In this document: one piece after another, positions 12,794 through 25,600 of the stretch
How the letters are laid out: each line of letters opens with the position of its first letter
Position numbering within the stretch: the first letter of the stretch is position 1
Assembly (NCBI RefSeq): GCF_947568905.1
Contig: NC_079165.1
Coordinates: forward strand, 79,236,001-79,300,000
Length of the DNA stretch: 64,000 nucleotides
Reading direction: 5' to 3'
Source: Ostrea edulis
Lineage: Eukaryota
Notes under the pieces: generated by a model
What the model saw: the letters and a program-made list of their open reading frames with translations, nothing else
What the model was told of the DNA's origin: nothing
The model's database searches: none
Translations under genes and position numbers: made by a program

Positions 12794-13507
12794 GATGTGA
12801 CATATAACTTGAAGTTACATCCCACCCAGTCAAACTTCAATTCGGCCGTCTGGCGCATGTGCAATAAAGACATGGTGATATCTTATGCACAAATTAAAAG
12901 GAACCAACCACGTTTGAATTTTGCAGTAGCCATTGATTAATTATTTTGTCTGGCAATAGATTTGAATGACTTATTGTCTTGTTGTTTGTTTGTGAATGCG
13001 TGAGAGCGCACTGAGCTGTCATCCTGGTGAGAAGTGTGATGCGATAAATGCAATGTATCATCAACAACACCACCACTACCACCACCACAATTGCCACCAT
13101 TATTATTTATCGTTGTCGTCGTCGTCATCTTCATCATCAACAACAACAAAAAACACAAGCAGTCAGGGGTTTTTTTATTAGTCATTATCCATAGCGATTT
13201 GAACAGTTTTCAATATGATAGATAGATAGATAAGATAGATAGAGAAAAAGAGAGCGCGCGCAACGAGATAGATATATATAAAGAGCGCGCGAAACGAGGT
13301 AAACAAAAAATATTGAAAAATAAAGAGGAAGGGTGGGTGTTTCTCAATGTTTTTACGAGTGTCCAAACGGCGACTAACAGACGTAATTTAATATAATATG
13401 GGGTCACTAACAAATCTGCGGTGTACAAAACCTATTAACCCCATGATCAGCAGAATGACCCTACAACAAAAGGCAAAATGATTCATAGTCGGACATATCC
13501 TCTCTAT

Positions 13508-14535
13508 CTCTCAATAGTAACAACACCACTACCAAACCAAAACAACAACAAATACGACTCTCTCAATAGTAACAACACCACTACCAACCAAAATAACAAC
13601 AAATACGACTCTCTCAATAGTAACAACACCACTACCAACCAAAACAACAACAAATACGACTCTCTCAATAGTAACAACACCACTACCAACCAAAACAACA
13701 ACAAATACGACTCTCTCAATAGTAACAACACCACTACCAACCAAAACAACAACAAATACGACTCTCTCAATAGTAGCAACACCACTACCAACCAAAACAA
13801 CAACAAATACGACTCTCTCAATAGTAACAACACCACTACCAACCAAAACAACAACAACAAACACGACTCTCTCAATAGTAACAACACCACTACCAACCAA
13901 AACTACAACAAATACGACTCTCTCAATAGTAACAACACCACTACAAACCAAAACAACAACAAATACGACTCTCTCAATAGTAACAACACCACTACCAACC
14001 AAAACTACAACAAATACGACTCTCTCAATAGTAACAACACCACTACCAACCAAAACAACAACAAATACGACTCTCTCAATAGTAACAACACCACTACCAA
14101 CCAAAACTACAACAAATACGACTCTCTCAATAGTAACAACATCACTACCAACCAAAACAACAACAACAACAACAAATACGACTCTCTCAATAGTAACAAC
14201 ACCACTACCAACCAAAACAACAACAAATACGACTCTCTCAATAGTAACAACACCACTACCAACCAAAACAACAACAAATACGACTCTCTCAATAGTAACA
14301 ACACCACTTCCAACCAAAACAACAACAAATATGACTCTTTCAATAATAACAACACCACTACCAACTAAAACAACAACAAATACAACTCTCTCAATAGTAA
14401 CAACACCACTACCAACCAAACCAACAACAAATACGACTCTTTCAATAGTAACAACACCACTACCAACCAAAACAACAACAAATACGACTCTCTCAATAGT
14501 AACAACACCACTACCAACCAAAACAACAACAAATA
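13508..14535. repeat. 51-bp minisatellite, ~20 copies
   Basis: TACGACTC recurs at 13553, 13604 ...; translates to YDSLNSNNTTTNQNNNK on +, with frames also open on -. Confidence 0.95.
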
Positions 14536-15660
14536 CTGTGATGATAATCAATCTTTTTAGAAAATATATACAATAGAACAAGTAAAAGCCGAAGTAAATG
14601 TCTTGTTCATAGGTCCAGAGAACCTTTTGCGGTCATACTGGTAGTTGGATCACAGAAGAAGAAGAAAGAGGAGAGGAAAAGGAATTAACAAAGAAGTTTC
14701 CAAATAGTTGCAGCAAGGGGGACGAAAATTCCAGGTGTGGGTCAATGACCAAATCGGCGCCGGCGATTTGGAACAGGCGACTATTTGAGGTGTTACATAA
14801 GAAACCCCAAATCGGTGCCCATCCCAAATTGTCGCCGGTGTAACACACGTCGAGTGCTGAACTGTAGATCGCGGGGTCGAGTCCAGAAGGGGTTTTAATT
14901 TTTTCAGGTTGCTTTCTACTAAAACTGCATTTCATGACTAAATAAAGTAAATTTGAAAATATCTAATTTCAAAATATTATTGTACATATCCTCCACTTTT
15001 CATCCATATCAAATTTCTCTTGTGTAGCATATTTGCTTAAATACAGTTGATATAACGAGCCTTACACACAAAGGCAATGTTCTTACGAACTTTCTTAGTT
15101 AGACCCAATCCGTATTGGATTCATCATGTAATCTCTCATCCCTCTTGATTTACTAAACACAGAGTTTTATTGCCAGTTGAACAATCGCGGCTCGTTGACT
15201 TTCGGACCATTTGAAATAAGTAAGTGATCAAGTAATCATTTTCAACTATATTGAGATACATGTAACCAGTAATGACATGTTCAGCTGGACCACAGTTCAT
15301 GTTCTCTAACTTCGCCAGAAGCCGTATTTGTTAAATGGAACCACACTTTACTTCGTTAGAAGTCAGTGGACCGGGGCGCGGAATTACACACTCAGTTGTC
15401 GCAACTTAAACCCCTCGATGATTCGGAAAATATTTTTCAAAAACATCTTTTTTCATTGAGGGCTTTCCTCTGACAATTTCCACTTAAAGGTACATGTTTC
15501 TTAAGACTAGATATAGACCAGTCTGATGAGGATTTATTTTCACACTGTCAAATACAATGCAGTTCATACTTTCATGAACTTCGCAAACATAATTCAATTA
15601 TCGTCATTTTTTCATTGCATCAAATGCACTGATATATTTCACTTGTTTAAGATGTCCTCT

Positions 15661-18600
15661 TCATCCAATTACACTACTAGCTGAAAATAAATCAATGGCA
15701 GATCGAGTCTTTACGTCATGTATAAGCAGCGAAGTGAATTAAGAATAGATAAAGATTTTTTTTTAAAGAAACTGAATCGCAGATATAATTGTAATATCTG
15801 ACTAAAGACAATTAGATTAGTCTATAAAATTGGTTTTACAGTAAGAAAGGTGAAAATAACAAACTGTGATCAATCTCATTCCTATAAGCAACACAAAATG
15901 GAATGTTGGACAAACACAGACCCCTGGATATACCAGAGGTGGGATCAAGTGTCTAGGAGGAATAAGCATCCCCTGTCGACCGGTCACACCCGCCGTGAGC
16001 ACATATTTTGATCAGGTAGTCGGAGTTATCCGTAATCAAAATAAGAGTGTCATGGACGTTCTAACAATCGGTATGACAGAAGTCTTGAATTGTAGTATGC
16101 CAAACTCTTCCTTACTAATTTCTTCGCTTGGGCAATATAATTCTCTTTTCAATAAGAAGTCTGAAATTCTAGTATGACAAACGCTTACTAATTTCTTCGC
16201 CCATGCAGTCTTCATCTATCCTCCCGTCGCCGTCGTTATCTGAAACAGACATGTTTATTGGTTAATCAGAATATTAACATTCTTCTCCATTGCTACATTC
16301 GAGGAAATCCTCGATAAGATTATAAAGATAATGCAATTAAACCTACAACAGAACTATCTATTGCTTAAGGTAGTGATTGCATGGGTTATTGAATTTAAAT
16401 CTTCTTTCTTTTTTTTTTTCTTTTTCTTTTTTCTTTTTTTTTTGATTTTTGATTTTTACGTATTTTGTAGTTGATAATATCTGTAACTCATTATGAAAGT
16501 ATCATATATGGTTTTCACGAAAATTTTGACGCCATGGTTGTCATAGTAACCCCTCTTGTCGACTTTCCGTAATAAATGGTACGGGTATTTCAGATGGTGT
16601 TTAAAAATGATACAAAAGGGGTAAGTGATACAAATTTTATATCAAATTTAAGTTAAAGCCTTAAAAGATATATAATTTGTATTAATATGTCCCTTTATTT
16701 TCCTATGAAGTAGAAGCAGGGCTGCTTATGAGCAATTTCGCAATTTTTAGAAGGCAATTATTCACCAAATCAGAATTATTTGCACCCCCTGAGAAATTAA
16801 TGACCAATGAATTTTTTTTCTAATATGTTTTAACATATGTTAGTAGGAATTTTTCCTGAAAGTATCAATGTTAGTTTTCAAGTTTACTATGGCGCTATAA
16901 TCACTATTGTTACCCCTCCTTACATAAATGCTGTGGTGATAATTTCAATAAATATGTATCTTACATTAACGGCAAACTGACAACTCAACTGTATGACAAA
17001 CGGAATGATTTCAGCTTCTCCATCGTCAACTTCCCATATTTATGTAGCAATATTCCATTATCACCTGCATATGGTGTTTATATATCTCAACTGATTCGAT
17101 ATGCAAGATCTTGTTCTGTGTATAGTAAGTTTTTAAATCGAGGTAAGCTACTGACAAACAAGTTGATGGTACCGGGATTTCAACAGTCTCGATTGAAGTC
17201 AGCATTTCGCAAATTCTATGGTCGTTATAACGATCTACTTCGTCAGTACAATCTCGCATTGGGTCAAATGCTGTCTGACGTGTTTCATAACGATCGTTAA
17301 GCCGTTCTTGGCACACTGCTTTTGACTGCGGATAACTCCGTTTACCTGATCAAGATATAGGGCTCACGGCGGGTGTGACCGGTCGACAGGGAATGCTTAC
17401 TCCTCCTAGGCACCTGATCCCACCTCTGGTGTGTCCAGGGGTCCGTATTTGCCCAACTATCTATTTTGTATTGCTTATAGGAGTTATGAAATTGATCACT
17501 ATTCGTTATCTTCACCTTACATGCATTTATTTTAACTCGTATTAAAACTATAAAAATGTTTTGATGTTATTATTGAATTTATTCCATATAGAATGATAGT
17601 ACTTTTGCTTTGGAGATATTTTTATTACTTTCTGTTTAAAATTACTGTATATTCATGCTCTGGAAGTGTATGTTACAAACGCGGGAAGTATATCTCATCC
17701 GATGTAAACTGTGTATTGTGACGTCATGGAGATAATTAAAACATAAGGGATTTTTCATTTGTATTGTATTTTCTTTGTATATTTCTAAATATATTTTCAC
17801 TTTATCCTGTGTCTGGTTATAGCTAACAAGTCTTTGTTTCCATCGTCTGTCATTATTACTGATGCTTAAGCGCTTCACGTATTCCGGAATCGAAAACGAA
17901 AATAGTTTCTTTTTAGATACTACATGAATACACCACGTGATGCCTTGCAATCACAACCTTAATCAATCTACTACCGTATAGCGGGTTTATTCTGCGGGTC
18001 TAAAATTTGGCTGAAAGGTATGCTAATAATTTTAGCGGAATAAATTTTGGCGTAGAGGGAAGAGTTGTCTCTCTTTCAAATTCTGAAGTCGCAATTGGGT
18101 GCATATTTGGCGAGTGAAATTTTGGCGCAAAGCTACATGTATCTAACAGCTAAAATAAGACAAAATCATAACCCCACGGAAAACCGCAAAACGGTATATA
18201 AATTGACATTACATATTTTTTCTGTTTTCAACTTTAATCAGCAGAGAAAGGTACACAAAATGAGCAGGGGTGAAACAGTTCATCTCGTGACGTACTAATT
18301 ACCCAATCAAGCGACGAACTGTTTCCCGGTCACGTGAGAAACTATTGCCCGATTTTTCATGTCTACTCGGGAAACAATCAAAACTATTGTACCGAGGTAC
18401 GAGTCATTACCATGGGACAATAGTTTTAACTGTTTCCCGAGTAGGCACGAAATAATTGTATTCTACATAGATTTCATTTCCTTATCTGTCGAGTTCGAAA
18501 AAAACCACCAATCTTTGAAACCCCACATGAATTGCTTCAAATTACAATGCACACCAGAAATCATAATCCGTTACCTTTTCCGACAGATGACAAATCTTGG

Positions 18601-21600
18601 TGGCTCTACTTATGTCACAGTATATTACCTTTCCCGTCGCAGTGCTCTTCATCTACCTCTCCATCACAATCATTGTCGATTCCATCCCCTCTTATCATCG
18701 ATGAGGCGTCATATCCCTTCATTATAAAGATCAGAGATAATAATCATGATTAAAACGTTAAATTTTGATGATAAGACATTGCTGGTGCAGTGTAGTGGTT
18801 GGTTTGCTTCTAAACGCCATTATCATTGAAGTGATTAATTCTTCCACCTGATTGATAACACCAGGTGTGAAATAGTAATGTAGAAAGCCTCACAGAATTC
18901 AAAGGTGCCACCAATAATCCGATGGGAAATCCATAAGATTCCTTACTGGCTCTGCCGAATAGGATTCCCCCTATGGCGATGTTAGGGTTGGTATGGGTGA
19001 CGGTGTGAGTCCCTACGGTAATATTGATGTACCCTCCCACAAGATGGATTCCAGGAATGTGTACGTATTTCTGGTTGTGGGGTAATCGATGTCCGTCAAG
19101 TAGTAGACCACCTTTGTGTTTGGCGTCAGTGACAAACATGAAATAGTTTTGATACTGTCCTAGGGAATATTTGGGAGTAGTGAAGGTATAATCTCTCGCG
19201 TATTGCTCAATGGGTGGAACAGTGATCAGGGAAGGGTCGGAGTTTTCGTGGCTGGTCTCCGTCACTGAGAACTCGTACAAGGCGATTGGTTTACTGGCGA
19301 CCACGTGAGAATACAGAAACGAACTGTACATCTTCTGTACGTGACTTCCAGCATGGGGGATTATAAAGTGATCAGAGAAAATGGTGCCGTTAATTTTACC
19401 AGTGATATTGACTTCAGTGTTGTCTTGACTGGCTACGAAACGGAAAAGATCTCCCACGTTTCTTTCAGGAATTGGTACAGTGACAAAGTTTTTGCCCCAC
19501 GCTCTAACGGGCAGTAACATCTCAGCCAAGTGATCACGCGTAGTTCCAGTATTGCCAACAATTGTTTTTTTATTCCCGCTGATGACACCTACGGGATAAT
19601 CAGAAATGACGTGACTTCCGGTGAGATCTCCAACAGAACTAATCTGAAAGGTATCATATCTATTCATGGTGACATTAATCCACTGGTTTCTGTGATAAGT
19701 GTGATGTCTGTAAGAAACACTGACATTTCTGTGACTTGGAAGTTTAATGGCGACATGAGTGTTGTTTTCTGTAGCAATAACGGCAAAGACACAATAATGA
19801 TATGATGGCGCGTAAGATATGGTGTAATATTCTGACCCTAGGACGTCAGTAGGCAGAGCAAGGTATCCATCGTCCGAATGAACTTCTCTGTTAACCCCGT
19901 ACACAACTATTTCCTCATCTGCCGTTATCTCTATAGCCTTGTGAGACATCTCAGTGTGATCTAACCGGAAGTCAGGGCTGACCGCTAGTTGATGTACCAC
20001 TCCACGGATAACTACAAACCTTTGGTTGACGTAGGGTTTTAAAGTACCAGGTGAAGTCACGTGAACATGAACCGGTGTGTTGCTGGCTGTGGTGATGAAT
20101 ATCACAGGACCAATATCTTGATGCTTACTTGCCACGTTGTCTAGAAAGGCAATGAGGAAGTGTGTCCCTCTGCTATCTAGGGCACCTGAATAAAATCCGA
20201 CGGGATATGTATTGATGGTCGTTTTATCGTACGAAATTATATGATTTATATCTAAATTTGATATAAAATGAACGTTACTTGATTATACTTTAATGGTTGA
20301 TCCACCGATTGCAGTTCGGTAATATCTATGCAAGGCAGATTACCCTACGATTTTAAAGAACTTCTTGGGGTTTTTATTAACACCCTCAATGGATCAGGAC
20401 CCCATTGCTCAGACGTTAGATATAACTAATAGTCTCATAGCGTTAGCTTTTGTGCGACTAGATTCGTCATATGCTCAACTCTGTGCTAACCAAAGATACG
20501 ATTCGGCATGCAGCCTACGGTGCACACGAGAACTGGATAATCTTAGGTATGCCTGATGATTTTACTAATTTTTTCGCAAAATTCTCGACGATTAGATATA
20601 TGACCAGGACTGGGTTGCTCACAACCTTGGTGAAATTTGATGACTGGCCAAGCTAATCACTGATTACATTTACTATCCAAGATAGTGTAATATGGAAAGT
20701 GGTAAATATTTTAAATGTCTACAAAATACAATTTTCATGGGTACATTTCATTCATGGCTACGATATTATACTTCATGTATTCCCAAAACAACATGTACCT
20801 ATCACCATGTTCAGTACTGAATAAACAGTGATAAACGGTTCATTTTCTAGATATTATCATCCATAGGCCCTATCTTTATGTGATATACATGTATACAAAT
20901 ATTGAGTTAATTCCTAAATATAATTTTCGACATAAAAATCAGTCCACATTTCCTTGTCTTCTTGCGATATATTTAATGTATGGAAACTCACTAATGTATG
21001 TAATCAATAAAAAGAAAGGGAAGTGTCTAGTATACCGGTCCCCAAAAGCACGCGACTGTGCATGAACAGTTATTTCCCTTGCCGTTGCTTAACGGAATGT
21101 AAACACGCCGCCATTTGCATTAATTTCGCCTCGGATGCCGAGCAATGAAAATCGTGCGATAAAAATAAAAGCCCAACAGCGTTTGAGTATACTAAGCGGG
21201 GGCTTTGGGGCGGCAGCCCCCAACAAACCAAATATACAGTAGTTTAAAATTGCCTACCTTACAACATAAAATCATCTAAGCTGTTGTTTGCAATAATCAG
21301 ATCGAGATGTTGAAGAACTCTCATCGGTCGTTGTTTGGCAATCAAGAGTTCCTTTCGCTTTAATGAAGGTTGGGTACGAATATCGAGTGGTCATATACAG
21401 ATTTAACGAGTTCTAGAAATTTAAGGAATTGATCTTGGCAGTCTGTAAGATATTTTTTTCGGATGCAGTTCTGACTAAAATAAGTATCGTACAGAGATTT
21501 AGTTAACTGTGCCGCTGACTGGTAATGACTTTTTTAATGCACGCCAAGTAGATTCTATAGTATTGGTGTGTGTGTCCCTGTATTGGGATCTACAAAGTTT

Positions 21601-22592
21601 ACAGAATGATTTACTTTTGAATTTTCGAACCCTTCTTTATCAAGAATAACATAAGCTTTCCAGCAATCGCTGATTATAGTTGTACCGGGCTGCATGTTGG
21701 CTTTTATTATTTCAAGCAGAGTTTCTCGTGTTCTATCTACCACTGTTGTAAAAAAAAAAAAAAATTTTTTAAAAAAAAGCGTCTTTTCATCTCCCTTTCA
21801 ATGCCACCAAAAAACCCAGACACCGTCAACTTTCCGTCCCTTATGAAATTTACTTTTACCAAATTTACTTTCACCAATTTCAACAAATTTTCCCACTTCT
21901 CCTATTTTTTTTTCTGAATTCTTCTCTAAAATGCAGGTACACACTTCTCTGGAATAATTATACCAATCAACAACAGTTTGACTTGCAATTTCAAGTTCGT
22001 TTCTCACGAAAGTTTTACCCAGAAATATGTTATTAACAGAACCTTTTCCAGCGTTAATTTGTACTTTTTAAACCAACTACCAGTCCCGATGGAAAAAGTT
22101 TTGTTGCAGATTTTGTTAGAACATCTGCATACAAATCCGTCGCTTGAATATGACGAATCCTTTCTTAATCCAAATTTCCCGTTGTCACAGCTGCCACAGA
22201 TTTTGCCGTCCAAATTTATCAAAATAGATAAAGGTAATCCTATTAATTAGTGAATCAACTTTCTTACATCAACACAAATGGAAAAAAATCTTTCAGTTTT
22301 AGGGGCATTTCATAGCAAATCAGCTGTTCAGTTTGTTTACATCAACACCTGCGAGTGACGTCGTATCATACGAATATTCATGAGAATTACGTATACAAAG
22401 CGCACGTGACCATTTTGCTGAACAGATTCCATTTATTTTGGAACAAAAAATGTACGTCTTCTTGCATTATTTTTCATTTCAGATTTTAAAAACTGATTTA
22501 AAAAACAGATTTTAAATTTAATTTTTAAGAAGGAATTAGAATGTGGGCTTATTTTTGTGATTTAGCGATTTTACTGATCGCTTACGCGATCG

Positions 22593-22631
<39 letters not shown>

Positions 22632-25600
22632 GTATGTATACATGTATACATGTATATATATATATATATATTTATAGGTTATAGACTTTGTATGGGAAAG
22701 TATGAGGACCGAGTTTTTTGGCGCGTAGACGGAACGAGCTTGCGAGGTCCGTTCGCGACAAAAAACGAGGTCGTCATATTTCCCATACAAAGTGTATAAC
22801 CTTTTTATTATATACTTTCAATTTCATTTAGAAACTAACAATAATTTTATTTTTAACAATAACTTTATCGGTTTAACTGAGTAAAAGATGAAAAACACGA
22901 AAAATTTGAAAATTAACGGCGTAGAAATTTGATTGTGACGTAATGTTTGCGGGCCGGAATGTTTCCGGGCATATATCGTGTGATATATGCCCGCAAACTT
23001 TTAAAGAAAAAAGAAGAGATGAAATTGAAAGTATATAATAAATATATATATTTATTTATTTAAACTAAACCTCCTTCGGCGGCACACATTTTAGCGCCAT
23101 ATTTTGGGGACCAGTATACTAGAAGTGTTCCTAAAGAAAGTACATCGGTTACTTTTTGAGTATACATGCAAACATGGAGGAAACCCTGATAAATAATGGC
23201 TTGACTATTGGGAATCGAATATATTACAAACAATGCACCAATTTTTTTAAAAATTATTTGTATTAATGAATTATATTCTACAACTGTAAAATAGATAAAT
23301 ACATTGTCCTATCAACATCAAGAATAAAAATGCATCATACATTATGGATAGAATGTAGAGGATAATGACAAAGAATCTTTCACGGAGCAAAGTTTTCAAA
23401 AGATTAGAAGACAGAGTCCCTAGAATAATAAAATGATAGTCATAGATTATTTACAAGCCATGGGCTTGAAATGGTGCCTTACATGACTTCTATCGCTGTT
23501 GTTTACAAATATTAGTTACTAGAAGTAAAACTTAAACATTGACGAAGTTGTGCGGAATCGAGTGAACTGTAAGAGACGTTCATTCAACCTTTGTTTACTA
23601 TCGGCACTTTCCCCCACCTATAAATGTCTATTTGTAATAAATAAGCTCAAATACAAGGGGGAAACACGAACTGGTAAAATGACTAAAACAGTACAAGAAG
23701 CCATTAAAAACTCTGCAAAGAATAAAAGTGATTGTTATACCCCTATAAAACAGTTCCTATGTAACGCCTTACCAAAAAAAGTCCAACATTTCGACTGTTC
23801 TGGCGACTGTTGGACCGGGAACTGTTAAAATCGACTGTTAAAAAAGACTGTTGACCGATGACGTCATATGGCGCTAACTCGAGTTATCTTTTCGTGCCGT
23901 TTGGATAAAAAGAAATGGCGAATGCACATTTTGCGACAGCAACGGAAGATGAAATTCATTTAATTCTTCAAGGTAGGGACAACAAGAACATAGAAAAATT
24001 ATTTGTTCATTTTCTAGAATCAATTGTATAAGATGAAGTTTACTTATTTTTATTTTATTCGTGTTAAAGCTATAGGCAAGTCACATGATTCTTGGGTCTG
24101 CTGATTTGTTTACGTAGGCTAATGGCGAGGTTCACTGATTTGACTGGTGATGAAATACAGAATTTAGTTGATGAAAAGCAGAGCAGATGCATGAAAAATA
24201 TAATTATCAATTAAGATGTTAGGTATATTTTCTTTTAAACTAGTGGAATCGGTGATAATTGTACGCAATCACACTGTCCCGTTGTAAGTCAACAAACCAG
24301 ATCGTGCACCTAGTAAAACAACCTTAAAAATGAGGGTGTATAACAAAACAGTTATTAACTGGGTCCTCGGACAACAGCTGTTTTGTTTGACCCTCGAACG
24401 GATTGTCCTCGAACCCAGTCAATAACTGTACACTATGACACAACAGTTTGTTGGTTGATTGCGAGACGCTCGGGAAATTTTCACTCATATGTAGACATCA
24501 CCATTGCTGGCGAAGAGCTGCAAGGCCTATGCTCGGCGCTTACGGCCTTAAAACAAGGGGTGATCGTTATCGTGCCACATCTGCTGTGACACGTGGCCTC
24601 AGTTTTTGCGGTCTTATCCGAAAGACTGCAAAATTTAGTCGCCTCTTACGACCCGCAAGGGGTACTGAGAACCAATTCTAACCCAGATCCCCACGAGGCA
24701 ATTATAAGTAAATTTCGATATATTGATTTGGTTGCAGAAGAGGCGATGTTTTATCCAACATGTAGAAAAAGATTCACCGAGTTTGATCATTAAAACGAGT
24801 CAGAAACTAAAAATGATATAATTCTTGAGCATCAAGGACACGCATTTGACTTTATCCGAATATATGGAGATGGATATTGTGTAGAATAACATGGTTGAGA
24901 GTATGACAGTACTCAAATATCCCAAATAACATTGATTACAGAAAATGAAACCTGAAATCAAACAAAAAGAAAATTTGGTAGCTAAATTGTATTTTTGAAA
25001 ACTCCCAAAGGGCGGACTTATATATTCTGCATTTGTTGTTACTCATCAAGCAATTTAGTCTACATTTGCGTTAGCGCTTTCAAGTCAAAAAATCTGCTAT
25101 GGTAATCAAAAGGTTGATTTTTGACTGCCAAAAAAATGGACATGCAATAACCTATCATGACCCCTCTCCATAATCTCTGAATACATGCGTATAGCATATC
25201 TCATTTCATTTCTCTCTCATATCGTATCAGACAACCAATCTTTTTATCAAGGGCAAACACCTCACGTTTGAGCTGACAATGCACCATCTGACAAGAAGTA
25301 CTGTGTTAATTACACTATTAAATATGTTAGATCACAGTAGAAGTTACTCAAAGACGCTAGAGCTTGACACTGCTATTTGCAATCTATGTTAATGCTGCCT
25401 GCAAAGATGTTTTTTTTTTTTACAAATAACTCAGTAATTCATATATACACCTTGCCTTAATGTCAAACAACTTGATATATAAACAAGGGGTTACGTTTTC
25501 TTTAAAGCAAAATGCATGTTTACAAATGTACATATTGTGTTTGTAAAATTCTCCATTTTTTAACAATACTTAAATAACAAATTTCACGTTTTGTCCTAAA

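Larger units (their letters stand above)
21037..23112 (-). mobile_element. Decayed Merlin (ISXO2/IS1595-like DDE) DNA transposon
   Basis: TIRs GGTCCCCAAAA...TTTTGGGGACC; 8-bp flanks AGTATACC/AGTATACT. Frameshifted transposase pieces at 22222-21555 include a Cys finger, VEIGESKFG, IISDCWKAY and VNHS. Confidence 0.8.

Noticed and set aside
14633-14935. 100-aa ORF as a further exon of paralogue A
   Set aside because: A already terminates at the conserved stop at 15661 with a polyA signal; the segment looks like a small inverted-repeat element.
15523-15560. CTGATGA as a hammerhead core
   Set aside because: No stem II or GAAA follows. The same applies to CTGAAGAGCC at ~62234, where the stem is followed by TAC.
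19305-19805. Plus-strand ORFs overlapping the IgGFc exons (also 37744-38244, 48483-49275)
   Set aside because: Antisense shadows of real coding exons.
21555-22222. Bacterial IS1595/contamination explanation for the transposase and for HtrL
   Set aside because: Both sit in or are spliced eukaryotic genes surrounded by animal repeats; Merlin is the known eukaryotic branch.
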